In this document: in pieces, positions 56,092 to 64,000 of the stretch
How positions within the stretch are numbered: position 1 is the stretch's first letter
Layout of the letters: every line of letters starts with the position of its first letter
NCBI GenBank assembly: GCA_965261005.1
Contig: OZ253375.1
Span: 1,888,001-1,952,000, forward strand
DNA from: Deinococcus sp.
Lineage (GTDB): Bacteria; Deinococcota; Deinococci; Deinococcales; Deinococcaceae
DNA: 64,000 nucleotides
Reading direction: 5' to 3'
Program-made: the position numbers and the translations under genes
Notes under the pieces: generated by a model
Seen by the model: only the letters and a program-made list of their open reading frames with translations
What the model was told of the DNA's origin: nothing
Database searches by the model: none

Positions 56092-56814
56092 ATGATTCCC
56101 GAGCGCGAAAATGATCTGCGCCCGCCCGGCGAGGACAAGGGCCTGTGGCGCGAGACGCTGGAGGCGGGCGCCAGGCTGCTTCAGTCGGCGGCGCCCCTCA
56201 GGGGCTTCGACATCTACGTGGTGGGCTTTCACTGCGCGCGGCAGCGCCCAGAGGAGCAGATGGAGGCGCACCACTACTGCAAGCAGGTGAACGCGGACTT
56301 CTTGCAGTGCGCCATCTTCGACGGCAACACCGAGGGCGCCAACCTGATCGGGGTGGAGTACATCGTCAGCGGGCGCCTGTTCGAATCCCTGCCCGAGGGG
56401 GAAAAGGCGTCATGGCACCCACACAACTACGAGGTGCTGGGCGGCAGCTTGACCGCGCCGGGCTTGCCGGTGATGGCCGAGCAGGCGCTGATGCGGCTGC
56501 TGATCAACAGCTACGGCAAGACCTGGCACCTGTGGCACACCGGGCGCCACGACGGTCAGGGCAGGCCCGCCGACCCCCTGCCGCTGGGAGACGCGACGCT
56601 GATGTGGTCCTTCAACCGCCACGGCGAGGCGGACGCGAGCCTGGTGCAGAGCCGCGCGGCGGCCATGGGGGTGGACGAGGCGCAAAAGGAGCGTGAGCGG
56701 GCGCACCTGGCCGCCCTCGCCGGGCCGCAACAGGGCGTGGACCTGCTGCGCGGCGCCTTTCCGAACACCGACGGCCGGCCGGGGGGCGTTCGGGATATTC
56801 GAGACACGGAATGA
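56092..56814 (+). CDS. OBAP/DUF1264-family protein
   Basis: GFH...QMEAHHYC...QCAIFD...LIGVEYI...WHPHNYEV...YGKTWH. Confidence 0.85.
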   Translation: MIPERENDLRPPGEDKGLWRETLEAGARLLQSAAPLRGFDIYVVGFHCARQRPEEQMEAHHYCKQVNADFLQCAIFDGNTEGANLIGVEYIVSGRLFESLPEGEKASWHPHNYEVLGGSLTAPGLPVMAEQALMRLLINSYGKTWHLWHTGRHDGQGRPADPLPLGDATLMWSFNRHGEADASLVQSRAAAMGVDEAQKERERAHLAALAGPQQGVDLLRGAFPNTDGRPGGVRDIRDTE

Positions 56815-56820
56815 TTGCAG

Positions 56821-56881
56821 TTGACTTCCGCTGTATACCGCGCTACACTTTAGAAATCAGCGGCCGAAATGGGCCGCTTTT
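56821..56881 (+). repeat. Promoter-terminator repeat copy B
   Basis: TTGACT-17-TACACT followed by an AGCGGCC/GGCCGCT hairpin and T tract. Confidence 0.85.
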
Positions 56882-56902
56882 CTCTTGCCTCCAAAGGTGG
56901 GC

Positions 56903-57490
56903 CTACTCGAAGCCGCGCTCCAGAAACCTCTGCACGTTGGCGGGACTGGGAGCGCCCAGGAACTCGGCCAGGGTCTCTAGCGGGACGCCGCGCTCGTGAA
57001 GATTCTTGGCGCACGACCAGCGCAAGTCGGCGACGGTGAACTCGGTGCCGGCCAGCTCGCGCGTTTCCCGGCTGACCTTGCGGACCACGTGGTTCACCTG
57101 TTCCGGCGTGATGGGCGCCTGTTCGCCGGGGCGGCGGGGCAGCAGCGGGTCGCCGGGCTGGCGCGGGGCGTTGCGGTCGTGGCGCAGGTACGCTTTCAGC
57201 GCCCGCGCGAGGTCGGGGTGCAAGTCCACCTCGTCCCACCCGTCTGCCGTGCCCTGGCGCAGCACCCGCAGGGTTTCTCCCGGCAAATCGAGGTCGCCGG
57301 CTCTCAGGGCGCTCACCTGCCGGGGGCGCAACCCCTGAAGGCCCAGCAAGCCGATCACCAACCCGTCGCGCCGTGGGCCGCAGGCGTGCATAATCTCCAG
57401 AATTTGCGGCTCTTGCAGCCGGTTCCGTTGGGATGGATTGGGCTGGACCGACTTGGGCTGGACCGAGTTGGGTTGGGCCGGGTTCGGCAT
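56903..57490 (-). CDS. Tyrosine recombinase catalytic-domain protein with degenerate active site
   Basis: RDGLVIGLL..QGLRPRQV.AL...DL and TVADLRWS..LGAPS....QRF; AGGAGG RBS before MPNP. Confidence 0.75.
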   Translation of the reverse strand: MPNPAQPNSVQPKSVQPNPSQRNRLQEPQILEIMHACGPRRDGLVIGLLGLQGLRPRQVSALRAGDLDLPGETLRVLRQGTADGWDEVDLHPDLARALKAYLRHDRNAPRQPGDPLLPRRPGEQAPITPEQVNHVVRKVSRETRELAGTEFTVADLRWSCAKNLHERGVPLETLAEFLGAPSPANVQRFLERGFE

Positions 57491-57549
57491 GGGGCCTCCT
57501 GTTGGCCTCCAGTCTGCCATCCCTGAGAACTCGCGTCCAACGGATACGT

Positions 57550-57610
57550 TTGACTTTCCGTGCATACCGCGCTACACTTTAGAAATCAGCGGCCACTTGG
57601 GCCGCTTTTT
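57550..57610 (+). repeat. Promoter-terminator repeat copy C
   Basis: TTGACT-17-TACACT followed by an AGCGGCC/GGCCGCT hairpin and T tract. Confidence 0.85.
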
Positions 57611-57648
57611 CGTTGAACTTGGTTCGTTGAGATGATGTGCCGGCCCGC

Positions 57649-59478
57649 CTACTTCACCACGGGCTGCTTGACGACCTGTTTCGCGCCCTTCTGGGTCCAG
57701 CCGACCAGCCAGCCGAGGGTGGACGGGTAGCTGACGTTGCCGTTCCAGACGTAGTTGACCAAGCCGCGCCGGGTGATCAGCAGCTCGCGGCGCAGGTACA
57801 GCGGAATCGAGGGCAACTCGCTGGCGAACTGTTCTTGCATGCCCGCGAAGATGGCGCGCCGCTTTGCCGGGTCGGTTTCCGAGCGCGCCTGGCTCCACAG
57901 CTTATCGTAGGTCGCGTTGCACCAGCCACCCACGTTGTTGCCGGCGTAGCCGTTGGCGGCGCTGGGCACGTTGTCGTTTTTCTGCGGGGTGGCCGGGTCG
58001 TCGCAGTAAAACTCGTTGCCGCCTTCCAAGAGCGGCACCCCGCCGCCGGCCGCCTCGAACAGGCCGGTCCAAGACCCCTCGGAGGTGTGCGGAAAGTAGT
58101 CCTGCGCGAACACCACCGAGGCGGGCGCGTTGTTGATCTTCACGCCGATGCCGACCTTTTGCAAATTGTCCTTGATGAAGAGTTGGTTGCGCTCGCGCAC
58201 CGCGTTGCCGGCGGTGGTGACGTACTCCAGCACGAACTTGACGGTGCGGCCGTTCACGCTGCGCTGCAAGACGCCGTCCGCGCCCGGTTTCCAGCCCAGC
58301 GCCGCCAGCAGTTGGCGCGCCTTGGCGGGATTGTAGGCGTAGGCATCCGCCATCACCGGCGAGTAGGCCGGCGAGTTGGGGTTCACGAAGGTGTTGACCA
58401 CCCTGACCGTGCCGCCCAGTAAGTCCTCGGCGATGCTCTTGCGGTCGATGGCGTACAGCAGCGCTTGGCGGGTCCTGGGGTCGTTCAGCTGGAGGTCGCT
58501 GACGGCCTGCACATTCCCGAACTTGTTGACGATCAAGTTCTCGAAGGCGGTGCCCTCCAGCAGCGACACGCTGTAGACGTTCTTCGCGTTGTCGCGCAGC
58601 AGCTTGAGGGTGGCGGGCGAGTTGGCGAGGCCAATGCTGGAGGTCGCGTCAACCTGCCCGGCCAGCAGGGCGGTTTGCAGGGTGTTGGTGTTGCCGATAA
58701 AGCGGTAGACGACGCGCTGCACGCCGTTCGGGTTCTTTTGCCAGTAGGTCGGGTTGCGGACCATGCTCAGGCTTTGGCCGGGGGTCCAGCGCTCGAAGCG
58801 GAAGGGGCCGCTCACGACCGGCGGGCCACCTTGGCTGGTGGCGACGGGGGCGCCCAACAGTTCCTTTTGGACGATGTCCTGCTGCTGCGCGGGGGTCTTG
58901 CCGGACAAGTCGGCCTTGACCCGCGTCCACAGCGGCCCCCACACCTGCGCGGGCAAGTTGGCGACGCCGTCGGGCCGCACGCCCTTTTGATAGAAGATGT
59001 TGATGGGCGCGTAGGTCACCTCGAAGTTCTTGGCGTCGGTGACCTTGAAATCTGTGGGAAAGTTGGCGCGCGACAAGACCGGCACCCGCTTGTCGCCGGC
59101 GATCTCGTAGAACAGGCGAAAGTCCTCGCTGGTGATGGGCCGCCCGTCGCTCCAGGTGATGTCTGGCTTGAGGGTCCAGCGCACCGTCATGGAGGTGGGG
59201 AAGCCGCTCGCGTCGCGAACGATCTTGACCCGGCCGTTGGCCTCGCTGGGCAGCTCGGCGGCCATGTCGGGATGGTACTTGCCGCCGAGGTCGAGATAGG
59301 TCAGGTCGCGGTACATCCAGCCCATCACCTCGCGGGTGACGCTCTGGCTGTTGACCAGGTATTCCAGCGCCGAAGGCTCCTGGCTGGCGCCGATGGTCAG
59401 CGAGTTGTCGCTCGGTCCCGCGTGCGCGGAAAAGCCGCAGGCGAGCAAAAGGGTCAGGCTGATGGCTGCTCTTTTCAT
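57649..59478 (-). CDS. Peptide ABC transporter substrate-binding protein (family 5)
   Basis: Signal peptide; WSDGRPITSED, SGPFRF, RQALLYAIDR, ELPSIPLY. Confidence 0.9.
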   Translation of the reverse strand: MKRAAISLTLLLACGFSAHAGPSDNSLTIGASQEPSALEYLVNSQSVTREVMGWMYRDLTYLDLGGKYHPDMAAELPSEANGRVKIVRDASGFPTSMTVRWTLKPDITWSDGRPITSEDFRLFYEIAGDKRVPVLSRANFPTDFKVTDAKNFEVTYAPINIFYQKGVRPDGVANLPAQVWGPLWTRVKADLSGKTPAQQQDIVQKELLGAPVATSQGGPPVVSGPFRFERWTPGQSLSMVRNPTYWQKNPNGVQRVVYRFIGNTNTLQTALLAGQVDATSSIGLANSPATLKLLRDNAKNVYSVSLLEGTAFENLIVNKFGNVQAVSDLQLNDPRTRQALLYAIDRKSIAEDLLGGTVRVVNTFVNPNSPAYSPVMADAYAYNPAKARQLLAALGWKPGADGVLQRSVNGRTVKFVLEYVTTAGNAVRERNQLFIKDNLQKVGIGVKINNAPASVVFAQDYFPHTSEGSWTGLFEAAGGGVPLLEGGNEFYCDDPATPQKNDNVPSAANGYAGNNVGGWCNATYDKLWSQARSETDPAKRRAIFAGMQEQFASELPSIPLYLRRELLITRRGLVNYVWNGNVSYPSTLGWLVGWTQKGAKQVVKQPVVK

Positions 59479-59641
59479 GTCTCCTCCGCGGGGCAGGATA
59501 CCCAAGCGCCCGGGGCCGAAGCGCGCGTTTTGCTGCTATTAAAAAATCCCCAAAGCTTTCCGGAGAACACATAAACTTGGCGTGATGAGCCGTCCGTTTT
59601 CCTTACAGTGCCCCGGTTTTCGGCCTGCTATAAGGGCCGGG

Positions 59642-60829
59642 ATGTTGATCTACACGCTCAGGCGCGTCCTCGCGATGGTGCCGATTCTGCTGGTGGTCTC
59701 GCTGCTGGTCTTCGCGTTGATTCAGCTTCAGCCCGGCGACTTCGTGGACGAGCTGCGGCTCAGCAACCCCAACGTCACCGCCCAGGAGGTACGTGACCTG
59801 CGCCGCGCCTACGGCCTCGACTTGCCGTGGTACGTGCAGTACGGCAAGTGGCTCGGCCGCGCGGTGCAGGGGGACTTCGGCATCTCCAGAAAGCAGTACG
59901 TGCCGGCCGCCCAATTCGTGGTGGAGCAGCGCCTCGGCAACACCCTCTGGCTGGGCGCGAGCGCCTTTGTGGTGTCGCTGCTGATCGGCTTGCCGCTGGG
60001 CATTCTCTCGGCGGTGCGGCAATACAGCCTGCTCGACTACCTGACCACCTTTTTCGCCTTTGTGGGCTTTTCCCTACCGGTCTTTTGGTTCGGCCTGATG
60101 CTCTTGATCGTCTTCAGCGTGAATTTCAAGGTGCTGCCGGCGGGCGGTCTGTCCAGCACCGGGGCCAGCCCGCTGGTTGCCACGGCGGCCACCTTCGACG
60201 CGACCGGCCCGGTGAAGGCCGTGCGGACAAAGGACGGCCGCACGGTCGTCACGGTGGAGGTCTACGACGCGGCGGCGGCGCGGGCGCGGGACCGCGCCTA
60301 CACCCTGCCCCCCGGCGCCAGCAGCGCTGTGCGCGCCGGCGACTACGTGTCGGCCGGCCAGCCGCTCGGGCGCCGCGCGACCTTGGGCAGCTGGCTCAGT
60401 TACGCCCTCGATAGGGCGCGCTACCTGGTGCTGCCCACCCTGGCCCTCTCGGTGATTCAGATCGCCACTTGGACGCGCTTTATGCGCGCCTCGCTGCTGG
60501 AGGTCATCCCCCAGGACTTCGTGCGCACCGCGCGGGCCAAAGGCGTGCCCCGGCGGCGGGTCATCTCCAAGCACGCCCTCAGAAACGCGCTGATCCCGGT
60601 GCTGACCTTGATCGGCTTGTCGCTGCCGGGGCTGGTGAACGGCGCCGTCATCACCGAGACGGTCTTCAATTACCCTGGCATGGGCCTCGCGCTCTACCAA
60701 AGCATTCTCGACAAGGACTACAACCCGGCCATGGTGATCCTGCTGCTGCTGGCCCTGATCACCCTGCTGGCCAACTTGCTGACCGACCTCGCCTACGCCC
60801 TGTTCGATCCCCGGATTCGCTACAGCTGA
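59642..60829 (+). CDS. Peptide ABC permease (OppB-like) with an inserted extramembrane domain
   Basis: DFVRTARAKG, HALRNAL, DPRIRY. Confidence 0.9.
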   Translation: MLIYTLRRVLAMVPILLVVSLLVFALIQLQPGDFVDELRLSNPNVTAQEVRDLRRAYGLDLPWYVQYGKWLGRAVQGDFGISRKQYVPAAQFVVEQRLGNTLWLGASAFVVSLLIGLPLGILSAVRQYSLLDYLTTFFAFVGFSLPVFWFGLMLLIVFSVNFKVLPAGGLSSTGASPLVATAATFDATGPVKAVRTKDGRTVVTVEVYDAAAARARDRAYTLPPGASSAVRAGDYVSAGQPLGRRATLGSWLSYALDRARYLVLPTLALSVIQIATWTRFMRASLLEVIPQDFVRTARAKGVPRRRVISKHALRNALIPVLTLIGLSLPGLVNGAVITETVFNYPGMGLALYQSILDKDYNPAMVILLLLALITLLANLLTDLAYALFDPRIRYS

Positions 60830-62013
60830 TGGCCGTCAAGACGCCCGCCCGCCCGGCGACCTCGCGGAACAGCTCGACGGCGGCGCTGGTCCTGCGCCGC
60901 TTTCTGCGGCACCGGCTGGCGGCGGCGGGCCTCATCACGCTGCTCCTGCTGGTGCTGCTGTCCGTCTTCGCGCCGCTGATCGCCCCCTACGCCCCGGCGC
61001 GCATCGACGCCGGCAACGTGTACGCCGCGCCCAGCGCGCGGCACCTGATGGGCACCGACGCCTTGGGGCGCGACATCTTCAGCCGCCTTTTGTACGCCGG
61101 TCGGGTCAGTTTGACGGTCGGCCTGACGGTGGCCCTGCTGTCCGCCCTGATCGGCGCCGGGCTGGGCCTGATCGCCGGCTTTTACAGCGGCCGGCCGCTG
61201 CTGCTGGCGGTGGGGCCGGGTTCGCCCCGGTGGGCGGCGGCGCGCCAAGCGGAGGGGCGCGGCTTTTGGGTCAAAAACGTGCTGCGCTGGCTGTTCTGGG
61301 GGGCGGCGGCGCTGTTCGCGCTGCGCGTCGGCGCCCAATTCGCCGCCAGCGTGGACGGCGCTTACCAAATGCTCAGCTGGGCGCTGGGCGGCCTCGCGGC
61401 GGCGCTGATCGTATGGGGCGCCTTTTTCAGGTCCATTCGGGTGGATGTGGACTCGCTGATCTCGCGCGCCATCGACATTCTGCTGGCGATTCCCTCGCTG
61501 CCCTTTTTGCTGATTCTGGCCGGCTTGTTCGCCAACCCGGGCGTCGGCGTCGGCCCGGCGCTCGACCGGCTGCTCGGCCCGGCGCGCTCGGTGGCCGTGA
61601 TCGTCTTCGTGCTGACGCTGTTCGGCTGGCTGGCGATGGCCCGCATCGTGCGCGGAACGGTGCTGGGTTTGCGCGCGGCGGAGTTCGGCGAGGCGGCCGT
61701 CGGCCTCGGGGCCAGCGACGCCCGCGTGATGCTGCGCCACCTGCTGCCCAACGCCGTCGCGCCGATATTCGTGCAGCTGACCCTCGACCTCGGGCACGCC
61801 ATCGTGGCCGAGGCCGCGCTGAGTTTTTTGGGCCTGGGCATTCAGGAACCGACGCCCAGCTGGGGCAACATGCTCACGGGCGCCCAGGAAGCCATCTTTC
61901 AGCAGCCCACCGCCGTGTTCTGGCCGGGCCTGTTTATCCTGCTGACCACCTTGTCGGTCAACTACCTGGGGGACGGCCTGCGCGACGCCATTGACCCGCG
62001 CAGCCGGCTGTAA
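60829..62013 (+). CDS. Peptide ABC permease (OppC-like) with extra TM insertion
   Basis: [39 protein letters not shown]. Confidence 0.9.
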   Translation: MAVKTPARPATSRNSSTAALVLRRFLRHRLAAAGLITLLLLVLLSVFAPLIAPYAPARIDAGNVYAAPSARHLMGTDALGRDIFSRLLYAGRVSLTVGLTVALLSALIGAGLGLIAGFYSGRPLLLAVGPGSPRWAAARQAEGRGFWVKNVLRWLFWGAAALFALRVGAQFAASVDGAYQMLSWALGGLAAALIVWGAFFRSIRVDVDSLISRAIDILLAIPSLPFLLILAGLFANPGVGVGPALDRLLGPARSVAVIVFVLTLFGWLAMARIVRGTVLGLRAAEFGEAAVGLGASDARVMLRHLLPNAVAPIFVQLTLDLGHAIVAEAALSFLGLGIQEPTPSWGNMLTGAQEAIFQQPTAVFWPGLFILLTTLSVNYLGDGLRDAIDPRSRL

Positions 62014-62084
62014 CGGAGAGTCAAGCCAGCGTCGCGCTTTGGGCCAGCGCACGGACGCCTGCCCGTCTTCGCTATCCTGAACCC

Positions 62085-62854
62085 GTGTACGCGCCGCCGC
62101 CCGGCTTTTTGCGCCTGCGCCTCGCGGCGCAGTGGGACGGCCGGGACTTCGTGGGCTGGCAAAGTCAGGCGCGCGGGCGCAGCGTGCAGGACACCCTCCA
62201 CGGGGCGCTGCTGGAATTTATGGAGGCCGCCCGCCCGGTGGCGGCGGGGCGCACCGACGCGGGGGTGCACGCGCTGCGAATGCCGCTGCATGTGGACGTG
62301 AAAGAGGGCAGCTTGAAGCCGCCGCTGGGCCGGCTGAACCGCGCCCTGAACGGCGTTCTGTCGCCCGACCTGGCGATTCTGAGCGCCGAAGCGGCCCCGC
62401 CCGGCTTTCACGCCCGCTTCTCGTGTTCCTCGCGCTCCTATCTGTACCGGATTCTGCGCAGCGAGGTCCGCTTTCCTTTAGAAGAGAACCGGGCGCTGCG
62501 CGTCGCCGGGCCGCTAGACGTGGGGGCCATGCGGAAGGCCGCCGCAGGATTGATCGGCCGCCACGACTTCGCCGCCTTCGCCACCCGTGAGGAGCGCCAA
62601 ACCGTGCGCGAGCTGTTCTGGCTGGAATTGCGCGAGGTTGGCCCCATTCTGGAGCTTCACCTGAGCGGCGAGAGCTTTCTGCGCCACATGGTCCGCGCCG
62701 TCGTCGGCACGCTGCTACTGGTGGGCGCGGGCAAGCTGGGGCCGGAAGAGGTGGCGGTCATTCTGGCGGCCGGGCAGCGTGAACGGGCCGGGGCCAACGT
62801 CCCCGCGCACGGGCTGTACTTCGCGGGGGCGGGCTACGGCGATACACTGCCCCG

Positions 62855-62858
<4 letters not shown>
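62085..62858 (+). CDS. truA: tRNA pseudouridine(38-40) synthase
   Basis: [35 protein letters not shown]. Confidence 0.95.

Positions 62859-64000
<1,142 letters not shown>

Noticed and set aside
57435..57487. 15-bp tandem repeats at the start of the recombinase-like gene (QPNSV QPKSV QPNPS)
   Set aside because: In-frame low-complexity linker with no sign of phase variation.
55941..57610. CRISPR array interpretation of the three direct repeats
   Set aside because: Repeats are ~61 bp with gene-containing gaps (880 and 729 bp start to start) and no cas genes are present.

Overview
High-GC bacterial chromosome segment, most likely Deinococcota (inferred from the rplU-rpmA-obgE-yqeK-LCP-rsfS gene order, protein style and Deinococcus-type small intergenic repeats). 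Housekeeping blocks (rplU, rpmA, obgE, yqeK, rsfS, lepB, xseAB, crcB, corA, murQ operon, truA, tRNA-Lys) alternate with accessory DNA. Main points of interest: (1) a five-gene DUF11 operon (44112-54731) whose proteins carry complementary halves of a split Ig-like domain (N-terminal donor strands, C-terminal acceptor domains), which predicts a donor-strand/isopeptide-linked surface fibre with anchor, shaft subunits, tip and a putative chaperone; (2) an IS110 element inserted into a MITE-like repeat, with all four bridge-RNA guide segments and the circle-junction promoter readable in the sequence; (3) three direct ~61-bp promoter-plus-terminator repeats bracketing an OBAP/DUF1264 gene and a tyrosine recombinase-like protein lacking catalytic residues; (4) a lipase polymorphic-toxin locus with orphan C-terminal tips and three paralogous immunity genes, next to a type IIG/ISP-like RM enzyme in a decayed tRNA-Lys island; (5) a MITE family that duplicates TCA/TGA and mostly sits on stop codons. 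All family assignments come from motif recognition by eye, not from database searches.
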